A stretch of DNA of 64,000 nt. Source: an uncultured Gammaproteobacteria bacterium. Lineage in GTDB: Bacteria; Patescibacteriota; Microgenomatia; Levybacterales; UBA12049. Every line of letters begins with the position of its first letter. Positions within the stretch are counted from its first letter, which is position 1. Shown here one piece after another: positions 40,520 through 50,219 of the stretch. Made by a program: the position numbers and the translations under genes. The notes beneath the pieces are model-generated. The model was not told the DNA's origin and made no database searches. It was given only the letters and a program-made list of their open reading frames with translations. Where the stretch lies: NCBI GenBank assembly GCA_964474445.1, contig CAYYSJ010000001.1, forward strand, positions 270,530 through 334,529, given 5' to 3'.

Positions 40520-42197
40520 GCTCAGTTGGAGCAATACCGTAGTAGGACAATAAGTGTTTAGATATATCGAAAAAGAGTGGAGCTGCAGTTTCTGCACCAA
40601 ATTCAGAGGTTTTTGGTTTATTAATAATAACAAGCATCACGTATTTTGGATCATCTGCAGGTGCAAAACCAATAAAGGAAGCAATTGTTTGGTGGGGATC
40701 ATAATGACCAGCAACGGCGATTGATGCAGTTCCTGTTTTTCCTGCAATTCTATAGCCTTTGAGTCTTGCGAAGTTTGCTTCTCCCTTATTAACAGTATAG
40801 ACAAGCATTTCAGTCATGACCTTTGCAGTTTGAGAGGAAATAGGTTGGGATAGCTGTTTTGGAGGAATAGGAATCGTTTGTCCGTCATTTGTGATAATTT
40901 TATCAACAATATGAGGCTCCATTCGTACTCCTTCATTTGCAATTGTTGCAAAACCATCCAGGAGTTGCATCGGCGTTATAGAAATGCCTTGACCAAACGC
41001 ACTGGTTGCCACATCAATAGGATACCAGGTCTGTCTATCTCGAATTGAAGAACTTACCTCTCCTTGGAGATCAACACCTGTAGGGTCAGAAAGGCCAAAT
41101 TTTTCAAAATTAGTAAGCATCCGTTGCAATCCCATAAGTTGGGCTACATAGACCATTCCAGTGTTGTCAGAATGTCTCAAAATATCTGCCATGGTTGTAT
41201 TGGGAAAGTACTTATCATCCCAGGTATGGATCGTATAATCACCGACTGTCACTGGACCACTACACTGTGGGCAGGTAGATTCAGATGTTGTTAATCTGGC
41301 ATCAATAGCACCTGCCATGACCAGAGGTTTCACAGTTGATCCTGGTTCATACAAATCAGTAATAAAGGGATTTTTGTACAGTGATTGATCATAGTCCCAA
41401 AAAGATCGTTGATCAAAGGAAGGGTAACTTGCCATTGCCAACACGCCTCCTGTTTTCGGATCCATAATACCAACCATACCACTCTCAGCCCCATATTTTT
41501 CTACACCTTCTTTTAATTTATTGTCAACCAAAAACTGTATTGCCCTATCTATATGCAATATAAGACTTCTTCCATCCTGACTTTGTGCAGTTCCGGTAAG
41601 TTTTGAAAGAATTGGTCTTCCCAACGCGTCATGAATTTCTATTGCTTTGCCATCTCTTCCCCGCAACTGTCTATCATAATATCCTTCAAGCCCAAAATAA
41701 CCTTTATCATTTCCCTGCTCGTCTTTCCCAACAAATCCAAGCAAACGTGCAGCCATAGATGCTTCAGGATAGAGTCTTGTATAATCCTCCTGAAATCCAA
41801 TTCCTGGAATCTTAAAACTATCAATCGTATCTTTTTTCTCTGTATCTACTCCTGATTTTAATGATACCCAGTATCCTTGAAGGGAAAGTCTTGCGCTTAT
41901 CGATGCTTCTGGGAGATCAAGAAGTGTTGAAAGTTGAGAAAACGTGGTGTTGATATGGGTTACTTCCTTAGGATTTGCAAAAACAATATACGAAAGTTTG
42001 TTAGTTGCAAGAGGAAACCCATCAGAAGTTTGGATATCTCCCCTTTTTGGTTTGAGATCGACGACACTACCATATTGCGATTCGCCAAGCTGGGATAACT
42101 CTTGGGCCTTTACCACTTGCCAGTAGAATAACTTGCTAACAATAACAAGAAACGCAAAAATGAAGAGAGAAAGAACGCTTAAATAGCGCCATCTCAT
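40512..42197 (-). CDS. ftsI: class B penicillin-binding protein FtsI (transpeptidase)
   Basis: N-terminal TM, SxxK (GSTVKP), SxN (HSDNTG), KTG (AGKTGTA) motifs. Confidence 0.9.
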   Translation of the reverse strand: MRWRYLSVLSLFIFAFLVIVSKLFYWQVVKAQELSQLGESQYGSVVDLKPKRGDIQTSDGFPLATNKLSYIVFANPKEVTHINTTFSQLSTLLDLPEASISARLSLQGYWVSLKSGVDTEKKDTIDSFKIPGIGFQEDYTRLYPEASMAARLLGFVGKDEQGNDKGYFGLEGYYDRQLRGRDGKAIEIHDALGRPILSKLTGTAQSQDGRSLILHIDRAIQFLVDNKLKEGVEKYGAESGMVGIMDPKTGGVLAMASYPSFDQRSFWDYDQSLYKNPFITDLYEPGSTVKPLVMAGAIDARLTTSESTCPQCSGPVTVGDYTIHTWDDKYFPNTTMADILRHSDNTGMVYVAQLMGLQRMLTNFEKFGLSDPTGVDLQGEVSSSIRDRQTWYPIDVATSAFGQGISITPMQLLDGFATIANEGVRMEPHIVDKIITNDGQTIPIPPKQLSQPISSQTAKVMTEMLVYTVNKGEANFARLKGYRIAGKTGTASIAVAGHYDPHQTIASFIGFAPADDPKYVMLVIINKPKTSEFGAETAAPLFFDISKHLLSYYGIAPTEHE

Positions 42198-42478
42198 TGC
42201 CTGATTGCCAATGGTTGTACTCCTCCCAATACGATGGTAGATTTATTTTCAACAAAACCCAGTGTTGATGCTTCAGAGGAAATATTCGTGTAGGAAGAAA
42301 GGGTATAGATTTTTTCCTTAAGAAGCATATTCTCTTTTTCCAAACCAGCAATTTTTTCTTGCATAGCGCCAAGGGTAATCCCATCCGTTGAAAATGCATT
42401 AGAGATACTAATCTGCACAATAGACAAAATAATGATAACGCCAAAAAGGCTACTTATAATACCCACTGCTTGTTTCAT
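42194..42478 (-). CDS. ftsL: FtsL-like division protein
   Basis: 94 aa, N-terminal TM, coiled-coil (EKIAGLEKENMLLKEKIYTL). Between rsmH and ftsI. 4-nt overlap with ftsI. Confidence 0.55.
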   Translation of the reverse strand: MKQAVGIISSLFGVIIILSIVQISISNAFSTDGITLGAMQEKIAGLEKENMLLKEKIYTLSSYTNISSEASTLGFVENKSTIVLGGVQPLAIRQ

Positions 42479-42523
42479 ACACTTTTAAAAAAAATACACT
42501 GTGAACGCTTCGTCAAGAACAAT

Positions 42524-43396
42524 TTAGTTTTTTTCAAATATCCTCAATTTTGCACTTCGACTTCTTCTGTTTTCTTCTTGCTCTGCAATACCTGGTTCAA
42601 TTGGTTTATCTGTGATAATTGTTCCAAAACCTTTGTCTGCAAAATCTTTAAATACATTTTTTACTATCCTGTCCTCAAGTGAATGAAATGCAATGACAGC
42701 AATTCTTCCTTTGCTCTCCAAAAGCTCTAACGCTTGAGGAAGTGCATCAGAAAGACTATGCAATTCATCGTTTACTGCAATTCGTAGTGCTTGAAAAACC
42801 CGTGTTGCCGGGTGAATTTTCCCCTTGACTGGATATGAACGGTAAATAATGTCCGCAAGCTCTTTTGTTGTTACAATAGGTGCTTTCTCCCGTTGCTTTA
42901 CAATATTTTGTGCAATTCTATTGGCAAACTTTTCTTCTCCGTATTTTATAAAAAGCTCAACCAACTCTCCTTTTGTTAACCCATTTATTAAATCTGCTGC
43001 ACTCACCTGTAAAGACTTATCCATTCTCATATCCAAAGGACTATCTTGCATAAAAGAAAATCCTCTTTCTGCACTATCTAACTGATGGCTTGATACCCCC
43101 ACATCAAACAACACACCACTCACTTTTTCAAACCCATTCTCTCTCGCAAGTATGAAAAGATGAGCAAAATTTCCATATACTACTGTTACAGGCAGGCCAC
43201 TGAGATTTCTCTTCGCTTCTTCCAACGCATCCGTATCTTGATCAATACCCAAAACAATTCCCCCTCTCGTGACAATCTCTCTTGTGTGTCCACCTGCGCC
43301 AAGCGTACAGTCTATGTACTTTTTGCCCTTTTGAATTTCTAGACCATCAATTGTTTCTTGTAAAAGAACGCTTTTATGATACAAGTTCTCCCCCAT
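42524..43396 (-). CDS. rsmH: 16S rRNA m4C1402 methyltransferase RsmH (MraW)
   Basis: HKSVLLQETIDGL, DCTLGAGGHT SAM-binding motif. Confidence 0.95.
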   Translation of the reverse strand: MGENLYHKSVLLQETIDGLEIQKGKKYIDCTLGAGGHTREIVTRGGIVLGIDQDTDALEEAKRNLSGLPVTVVYGNFAHLFILARENGFEKVSGVLFDVGVSSHQLDSAERGFSFMQDSPLDMRMDKSLQVSAADLINGLTKGELVELFIKYGEEKFANRIAQNIVKQREKAPIVTTKELADIIYRSYPVKGKIHPATRVFQALRIAVNDELHSLSDALPQALELLESKGRIAVIAFHSLEDRIVKNVFKDFADKGFGTIITDKPIEPGIAEQEENRRSRSAKLRIFEKN

Positions 43397-43845
43397 TATG
43401 ACTTCCTTTCCTGGGCAGGAACTCTTTCATTCAATCTCTTTGTTATCGTGTTGATATTCTCACCCAAATGCTTGTTATACTCTTCCCAACGCTTTTTATC
43501 CCAAATTTCAACATATCGATGCATGCCAATAAACACTATTTCTTCCTGAATATCTGCATACTTTCGCAAATAATCAGGCATAACAAATCTTCCTTTTTCA
43601 TCTAACTCAACAAATGCTGCTCCTCCAAGCAAAAACCGCTGCGTTTCTCGTGCTGCCTCATCGGTAAATGGTAATCCTTCTGTTCCTTCCAGAAGTGCCT
43701 TCCATCCTTCTTCTGATACAGCAATCAGGGACTTCTCAAATCCTTGTGTTAGAATGACATTCTGTCCCAAAACATCCCTGAATTTCTTAGGGAAAGCGGT
43801 ACGAGCTTTGTCTCCGATTGTTGATACAAACTGCCCAAGCAACAT
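43396..43845 (-). CDS. mraZ: transcriptional regulator MraZ
   Basis: Duplicated SpoVT/AbrB-like halves (FVSTIGDKARTAFPKKFR...). Start taken at internal ATG (MLLGQF...). The longer ORF to 43905 is possible. Confidence 0.85.
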   Translation of the reverse strand: MLLGQFVSTIGDKARTAFPKKFRDVLGQNVILTQGFEKSLIAVSEEGWKALLEGTEGLPFTDEAARETQRFLLGGAAFVELDEKGRFVMPDYLRKYADIQEEIVFIGMHRYVEIWDKKRWEEYNKHLGENINTITKRLNERVPAQERKS

Positions 43846-44034
43846 AGCGATCGATTTTGTCCCACTTGGTACCACTTTTTCCCATTTTGGACCAATTACT
43901 ACCATTGTGCGTCAAAAATTGCCCTCTTGTCAAGAAGTGTTTTCACAAGATAAACGACGAAGCGACCAAAATACACTGAGTGTGGATAGTTACAGATGCC
44001 TAAAACTAAGATTTTTTAGCATATATAGGACCTA

Positions 44035-44066
44035 AAAATAGTAGACGCCGACGTCTACCAAATACC
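44035..44066 (-). terminator. hairpin terminator-like element (minus strand) upstream of mraZ
   Basis: gtagacg-ccga-cgtctac perfect 7-bp stem, followed on the minus strand by TATTTTTAGG. Confidence 0.4.
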
Positions 44067-44229
44067 AGCAAAATTGAGGCTAAATTGATAAAAATTTTCT
44101 CTCCTATTATATAGGATATATAAAGAACAGAAAAATAAGACTAATATGGGTTATTTAAAAAACCGGATTATAAGAATCTTTAGAATTTCCAAAACAAAAC
44201 TCCAGATTTTATCCTAAAAACCTCTTTGC

Positions 44230-44257
44230 TTGACTTTGTAACGCATTGTGTTACACT
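44230..44257 (+). promoter_or_regulatory. sigma70-like promoter TTGACT-N16-TACACT
   Basis: Hexamers read directly. Positioned to drive the brnT/brnA pair, with GTG at 44264 close to the predicted TSS. Confidence 0.35.
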
Positions 44258-44263
44258 AATATT

Positions 44264-44571
44264 GTGATATTTGTTAGAAAGCTTATCTGGGATCCATGGA
44301 ATATACAGCATGTAGCACATCACCATGTAACCCCAGATGAAATTGAAGCAGTATGTCACAATGATCCATTAGTCCTAAGAGGTCAACAAAAAAATAGATT
44401 GGTACTAATTTTGGTTTAACTGAAGAAGAAAGAATACTTGCTGTAATTTTAGAATCTCAAGGACATGGAATGTATTATCCAATTACATCTTATCCAGCAG
44501 ATTCAAAAGACATAGCTTTATATAAACGCTTAAAACATAAAGGGGGTGAAAAGAACAATGACAAAAAGTAA
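44264..44571 (+). pseudogene. brnT-like (DUF497) ribonuclease toxin gene disrupted by frameshift
   Basis: Frame 1 (44264-44419): ...LIWDPWNIQHVAHHHVTPDEIEAV... matches the BrnT FxWDxxKxxxNxxKHGV block, then stop. Frame -1 (44398-44571): GLTEEERILAVILESQGHGMYYPITSYPADSKDIALY matches the BrnT C-terminal half. Frames overlap at 44398-44419, so a single indel explains it. Confidence 0.45.
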
Positions 44572-44827
44572 AAAAACAGGTAAAATTCCAACATTTGCTA
44601 ACCGTGAGGAAGAAGCAAAATTTTGGGAGACACACAGTATTGCAGATTTTACGAATGAATTAACACTTGTAAATGCACGTTTTACAAAAAACTTATCTGA
44701 AGGAATTACAATTCGCTTTGATAAGTCCACACTCAATGAACTGAGAGAGATTGCTCATAAAAAAGGACTTGGACCAACCACGCTAGCAAGGATGTGGATA
44801 TTGGAACATATTAGACAGCAAGCATAA
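44558..44827 (+). CDS. BrnA-like antitoxin (CopG/RHH-type, COG3514)
   Basis: EEEAKFWETHSIADF N-terminal motif typical of BrnA. C-terminal RHH-like region. Strong SD AAAGGGGGTGA 8 nt upstream of ATG. Overlaps toxin 3' end by 14 nt. Confidence 0.6.
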   Translation: MTKSKKTGKIPTFANREEEAKFWETHSIADFTNELTLVNARFTKNLSEGITIRFDKSTLNELREIAHKKGLGPTTLARMWILEHIRQQA

Positions 44828-45085
44828 GTATAATTTTTTAATTCTTTTTTTGGGGACATTTCGAATGTCTTCAAGCAAAAGGTGTTTTAGAGTTTATTCA
44901 TGAATTCACTATGTAACTACTCCACCACCAATGATTGCAACTACTGAATCTTTATAACTCCTGCTGAATAAGTTATATGCCTCTTATTTTCCTTGTTGTT
45001 AAGTAAGCCAGTGATTGTACCACTGTCACCGTAACTTTTCTTGTAGAACATATTCAGGATTATAGGAAGAGAAAGTTATAACATG

Positions 45086-46378
45086 CTATAACATAAAGTA
45101 TTTTCTCAGGAATACTCTTACACGATACAATAAACTTGGATGGAGTGGTTCAAGAACGATTTCCTCACTATTGTCTTTGTTTGGAGAGAGAGCAATGGTT
45201 ACTGTCTGATACCCGAGATGTTGTATGGTAAGAGAAGAGGATGAATTGCTAACCAATGGTATTTGATATGTTCCACTGAAATCTGTTGTACTGGTAAAAC
45301 CATCATTAGTCATTACACTTGTATTTGTAAGCAGATCTCCGAGAGTATCTTTTATCACCCCACGGACAAATGTAGGTTGATAGTATCCATGTAAAACCTG
45401 TGCAACAAGTCGTGGTGAATCATCATCATTGAATAACGCTGTAGATCCATCCAGAATAGTCCAATAGTTTATACCAGTAATATTTTCGCTGTGCGTATAG
45501 AACACGTGGAGAAGTTTTTCTACAAAATCTGCTTGTTCTTTTTCTGTCATAGCTCCATTGAGATCAGGAATGGGTGCACCAAATTCTCCCACTACAATCT
45601 GTGCATGAAAATGTTGTATAAGATAATCAATAGTATTTTCCATATCTCTTGGATTTGCCACGTAGTGATCTACAACAACAATATGTCCGACTTTATCAAC
45701 TGTTTCTGATGTCAATACCTGTTTGGCTACATCGGCATTCATTGAAAAATAACCACACTGAACATGCTTATGTATTTGCTGCATGCTATTTATACAGTTG
45801 TTGTATGAGTTAACTAAAAAACGATTGAACCTTACAGACTTTTCATTTGATCCTCTTGGATCCCCTTCTCCACCGTTTTCTGGCTGTGGAGTTGGAGTAA
45901 AAATATCCCCATCTTCAAATAGATCCGGATGTCTTAAAATGAATGCTTTTGTCAGTTTGTGATGTTGAGATATATCAGTAAACTTTGGGTAATCAAACCA
46001 TCCTTCCCATCCTGAAAAATTGCCTCGAAACCAAACTTTGAGATGATATCTCCTTGATTCATCCACCCATTCTTTTATCGTTGGGTAAAACTCTTCATCG
46101 TAAGGAGTTGCTATGGCAATATGAGTTGGATGGAGACTTGCGACATGCTGAACAACCAGGGAGATTTCACTTCGTGTAATACTCTTTGCTTTATCGCGAG
46201 AATATTTCATAGTGTCAATAGATGTTACTTCCCAAACAGTAGACTGCTGTTGGGACTGAGTTTTTTGAGGAATTGAAAGCATTTGCTGAGTGAAGGTAAA
46301 AATGAATAGTCCTAACCCAATAAAGACACCTCCAGCAAGAGAAATAAATTCTTTTTTGCTGTCATTTCTTTTTGCCAT
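45086..46378 (-). CDS. membrane-anchored putative glycoside hydrolase (TIM-barrel-like) with C-terminal beta-sandwich
   Basis: N-terminal TM. Central region with GH-like acid/aromatic blocks (WFRGNFSGWEGWFDYP, HIVVVDHYVAN, VVGEFGAP). C-terminal carboxypeptidase-regulatory-like domain. Family not resolved. Confidence 0.4.
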   Translation of the reverse strand: MAKRNDSKKEFISLAGGVFIGLGLFIFTFTQQMLSIPQKTQSQQQSTVWEVTSIDTMKYSRDKAKSITRSEISLVVQHVASLHPTHIAIATPYDEEFYPTIKEWVDESRRYHLKVWFRGNFSGWEGWFDYPKFTDISQHHKLTKAFILRHPDLFEDGDIFTPTPQPENGGEGDPRGSNEKSVRFNRFLVNSYNNCINSMQQIHKHVQCGYFSMNADVAKQVLTSETVDKVGHIVVVDHYVANPRDMENTIDYLIQHFHAQIVVGEFGAPIPDLNGAMTEKEQADFVEKLLHVFYTHSENITGINYWTILDGSTALFNDDDSPRLVAQVLHGYYQPTFVRGVIKDTLGDLLTNTSVMTNDGFTSTTDFSGTYQIPLVSNSSSSLTIQHLGYQTVTIALSPNKDNSEEIVLEPLHPSLLYRVRVFLRKYFML

Positions 46379-47996
46379 AATAAGATATTACATGTAATTG
46401 ATCTAGATATCGTGGATTTAGTTCGTAGATATCTGCAAACGGAAAATGTTCTATTAACGTATACTTCTTAAAGCCCGGTGATGTACGAACTACTTTAAAT
46501 GTTTGATCATTTATATCATTTGTTCGCATAACAATCCACTGTGCCCATCTATCTGGATTTTTTGTGGCACTATCCCAATACGTTCCCGTCCCCTCATGAA
46601 TGAATTTACTCATGGGAAGACCTGAAGAGAAGATAATTGCATCATGAGAAGCTGCTGAAATCAAGATGAGTCCTGGCTCATCTTTAGCGTGCTTTGCCAA
46701 CCAGGTACTTACCTCTGTAACATTTTTCTGACTTGCTCCTACTCTTGCATCATCGATAGTAACGGCATCTTTACTGGCAAAAGAAAAGAACGTGACAAAC
46801 AGCAGTAGTCCAATTAGTACGGTACGTAAAGTTTTTACTTTACCGACTAAGTATCCGACAAAAATAGCAATTGAAGGAGACATCATGATCCCATACCGAA
46901 CGTTAAACAAAGTATTTCCGGAAATACCTTGTACAAAGAGTACTGAAAAACCCAAGTAAAGAGAGAGTATATTAAAAACAAGTGGTGTCAATAATGCGAG
47001 ACTGATAATTTTGGTATTACTGCAAATCTTCTTATTCAAATAAAATATCACTGCTCCAACAGCGCCGAGAAACAAGATAAATAATCCAACATTGTAAGCT
47101 AAGGCATAGTAATATACTTTAAAGGACAACGCGAGGTTACTTTTTGTTATCAGATCTCCTGCCTGGGAAAGTTGTTCTTGCTGTGCATGTGCAGAATATG
47201 GTCCGAGAGCAAAATATAACGCATCATGAAAAATAAATTGATTCCACAAGAACCATAGTGCAATGCCAAAGCCAGCAAGAGTGATAAATAAAAGAACAAG
47301 TCCTTCTGTGGCCTTGTATCCTTTTTGTTTAAAGAACACAATCGCTATCAGTATTGTAGTAACAAAAAATAAAAACCATCCATCATATCGAATGAGTGTT
47401 GTAAGCATTATCCAAAAGCTTGCTTTTACAAAATCGATTATTTTTTGTTCCTGCTGCCAAACTAAGAGATAGTATATCCCAGCAATCATTGCTGCAAGCA
47501 ATGGAAGTTCTGTCATTGCGGTGGATTGTAAATAAAGAACATTAATATTTGCGACAAAAATGAATACGCCTACAATTCTTCCTACTATTCCCGTTTCTAT
47601 TCTCTTTAAAAAGAGAAAAATAAGAAAGCCAATTGCAACAAATGAAATCATAGACTCTAGCGCTCCTGATAAACCTGAATGCCACATACCATTGTTCCAA
47701 ATAGTTGGTATCATGAGTAAATGAGGCAATGGAAGCCAGACACTTCCTATTTGTCCAAGGCCTGGTTTGAGGCCTTCAACAACACGTCTCCCAATATCTA
47801 AATGTGACCGCGCATCATTATATGCAACTCCTAAGCCATTCGTATAATAGAAAATAAAACTGACAATTGAAATGATAATTAAAATAAAAAGTACTATTTT
47901 GGGTAGTATTTTTTCAAGATCCTGTCCCTTTATTGTGAGGATGCCCTTTGCTATCTGAATATGATATTCCAATTCAAATTGTGTTAATTTTTTCAT
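46362..47996 (-). CDS. GT-C fold membrane glycosyltransferase (ArnT/PMT-like, GT39/GT83-type)
   Basis: About 12 TM helices. First extracytoplasmic loop with Asp-containing motif (YNDARSHLDIGRR), large C-terminal soluble domain. Start set at ATG 47996, which forms an ATGA overlap with the stop of the upstream gene. Confidence 0.6.
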   Translation of the reverse strand: MKKLTQFELEYHIQIAKGILTIKGQDLEKILPKIVLFILIIISIVSFIFYYTNGLGVAYNDARSHLDIGRRVVEGLKPGLGQIGSVWLPLPHLLMIPTIWNNGMWHSGLSGALESMISFVAIGFLIFLFLKRIETGIVGRIVGVFIFVANINVLYLQSTAMTELPLLAAMIAGIYYLLVWQQEQKIIDFVKASFWIMLTTLIRYDGWFLFFVTTILIAIVFFKQKGYKATEGLVLLFITLAGFGIALWFLWNQFIFHDALYFALGPYSAHAQQEQLSQAGDLITKSNLALSFKVYYYALAYNVGLFILFLGAVGAVIFYLNKKICSNTKIISLALLTPLVFNILSLYLGFSVLFVQGISGNTLFNVRYGIMMSPSIAIFVGYLVGKVKTLRTVLIGLLLFVTFFSFASKDAVTIDDARVGASQKNVTEVSTWLAKHAKDEPGLILISAASHDAIIFSSGLPMSKFIHEGTGTYWDSATKNPDRWAQWIVMRTNDINDQTFKVVRTSPGFKKYTLIEHFPFADIYELNPRYLDQLHVISYYGKKK

Positions 47997-50212
47997 GTAT
48001 GCTCCTTTCTGATATACACTCCTGCCATAAGAATAAGGCAAGACAGAAGAAGAATTGTGTAAATAGCTACGTAGTAATTCATTGCAGAAATTTTATCCTT
48101 TAGATAAAATTGCCAAACAAAAGATTTTGAATGATCTTCCTTTAACAAATCAAGATCCCGTTCGTAGGTATATTTCTCTACTTTTCCACTTATCTTTTCG
48201 AATACAGGGACTTGGATTTGTGGTGGATTGCTATTTGAGGTTAATGCTCCTATGGTATTTACAGATAAAGACCATGCGAACGGAAGGAAAAACACCAAAA
48301 GAAAGATGAGATGTTTTTTCCATGTTTCTACTGTGAAAGCGAGAAATAAGGCACAAAGTGCGTAGGAAGGGATAAGGTATCTAGCACCAAAAGCCCATCC
48401 TCCCCATGGATCTCCCCACATCATATAGAGAAGTATGTTTATGCCAATAATGGCGATCAGTAAAGAAGCAATGGAGCTATTCTTCTTATATAAATAAATA
48501 GCCCCCCAAATACTTAAAAACATTATTGGGGTAAACCATAGTACCCCTCTATCAGGTGATAACAAAAGAATATATGCGCCATTTATCATATTTCTTGTTA
48601 AGAAAAATCCCACAGCAGATTTTTTCTTCTCAAAGGCAAGACCTTTATCGACATTACTCAGTTGAAGAAGGGTTGGTTTGCCTTTTGCGTTAATGGCAGA
48701 AACGTCCAGAACCGTTCCTGCTAATTGAAACGGACTACCATAGGAATGTGTGTTAAACCAAAAGAAAAAAACAAAAGGAATAATCATTACGGCAAAAGAT
48801 AGTATTCTCACTATTTTTATCTTTATTGTCATACTGTTTTCCATAACTCTCACATATATAATTTTTCCTAATGCAAAAATTCCTATGGGAAGCATAAAGA
48901 AAACATTCGGATTATCAACAACGGGAGAAAGTGCACATAAAAACCAGATCAACGCAAGAGACCAGATTGAATCCCATGCAATTACAGCATAAAGACTCAT
49001 GAGAATAAGAAACGTAGAGATGTGATGTTGATAGAGGGAAACAGCATAGGAAAAAGCGGGTGATCCAAACAAAAAGGCAAATGCAGCAATTGTCGCGGCT
49101 CCTCGACCTGCTCCAAGTTTTATAGCGATTTTTCTGATAAGTATGGCATTTAAAAGACCAAAAAATGCAATCACGGCAAATGACCCTACTTGTGACATGC
49201 CCAATAACTTTCCGACGGAATACCCTGGAAGGATCATAAATGATATAGCGGGAGCAAAAAGAGATACATAGTGACCATTTTTAAAACCCACGTCCGGTGT
49301 AGAAAATCGTGCAAGGGGCAGGCTTAAATATAATGAGTGATTTTCTATAAATGAGTATGTTAATGCAAATCTCCCTCTTTCTGGAGACAATTCAAATGGT
49401 CCTGAATCTCTCCAGAAAGTAGAATTAAGTGTTATTTCTGTGGGATTTCCTAAAATCCCACGTAATGACAGTGCGAGTATAATACTGCAAAAAACAATAA
49501 AGAAAAATAGGGAAGCTACTTTGTTAAACTTTGTAAATCTATGAAGAAAACGTAGAAGTATATTTCTTAGGAGGATGCTTCTCTTGTTGTTAACAAGAGT
49601 TGTCTGTATATGAGACGTGTCAGTTGCTTTTATTGTATTATTTTTTAAAACCCTGTTAAAAAATTCGAGTCGTCCCCTTACATATTCTCTTAGTGAGGAA
49701 CCATTTAAGTCTTTCTTTAATTTTTCGTATTCATATAAAATTCTTTTATCATGTTTAAATATCTGAAAAATTCTTAGTCTTTCTTTACACATACTTGTAT
49801 CTGGATCCATCAAGGAAAGTTCAACAGGGAATCCTTTCCAAGAAAAATGCCATTCTATAAAATTCTTTCTGATTTTATATGGCTTTCCAAATAGACGAGT
49901 GAATGTTAGTATGTATTTATGAAAACTTTCTTTAGGGCTTACTGTATATAAATCTATATCATTCAATCCTGCAATCTTCAGACTACTAGACCCTGCGGCA
50001 ATTATTTTCAATGTGGGAAATTGTGATTTTATTATAATAATAATGTTTTGTATTGCTTTTTGGACCAGAGGATTATATGGCCCAATTCTTACTTTTTGTT
50101 TTGAAGATAGTACAAAAGAAAATAGATACTCTCTTGGACTTTGTACAAGGAGTAGAATATCTCGTCTCATTCGTTTCATCCGTTTTTTTATTTCTGACAT
50201 GTATTTTTCCAT
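47993..50212 (-). CDS. fusion protein: GrpB-like nucleotidyltransferase domain + GT-C fold membrane glycosyltransferase
   Basis: N-terminal about 230 aa with AAGSSSLKIAGLNDIDLY (GrpB/pol-beta NTase GS...DIDL motif). C-terminal about 500 aa polytopic, ER-motif loop (LSPERGRFALTYSF) like ArnT/PMT. Start uncertain (ORF extends to 50278). Confidence 0.55.
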   Translation of the reverse strand: MEKYMSEIKKRMKRMRRDILLLVQSPREYLFSFVLSSKQKVRIGPYNPLVQKAIQNIIIIIKSQFPTLKIIAAGSSSLKIAGLNDIDLYTVSPKESFHKYILTFTRLFGKPYKIRKNFIEWHFSWKGFPVELSLMDPDTSMCKERLRIFQIFKHDKRILYEYEKLKKDLNGSSLREYVRGRLEFFNRVLKNNTIKATDTSHIQTTLVNNKRSILLRNILLRFLHRFTKFNKVASLFFFIVFCSIILALSLRGILGNPTEITLNSTFWRDSGPFELSPERGRFALTYSFIENHSLYLSLPLARFSTPDVGFKNGHYVSLFAPAISFMILPGYSVGKLLGMSQVGSFAVIAFFGLLNAILIRKIAIKLGAGRGAATIAAFAFLFGSPAFSYAVSLYQHHISTFLILMSLYAVIAWDSIWSLALIWFLCALSPVVDNPNVFFMLPIGIFALGKIIYVRVMENSMTIKIKIVRILSFAVMIIPFVFFFWFNTHSYGSPFQLAGTVLDVSAINAKGKPTLLQLSNVDKGLAFEKKKSAVGFFLTRNMINGAYILLLSPDRGVLWFTPIMFLSIWGAIYLYKKNSSIASLLIAIIGINILLYMMWGDPWGGWAFGARYLIPSYALCALFLAFTVETWKKHLIFLLVFFLPFAWSLSVNTIGALTSNSNPPQIQVPVFEKISGKVEKYTYERDLDLLKEDHSKSFVWQFYLKDKISAMNYYVAIYTILLLSCLILMAGVYIRKEHT

Positions 50213-50219
50213 ATAATTT

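Noticed and set aside
43906-44230. Searched mraZ upstream region for tandem MraZ-box (TGGGN) direct repeats
   Set aside because: No convincing evenly spaced repeat series found by eye. Only the hairpin at 44041-44058 is clear.
44530-44736. 68-aa minus-strand ORF overlapping the BrnA antitoxin
   Set aside because: Antisense to an ORF with a strong SD and family-specific motif.
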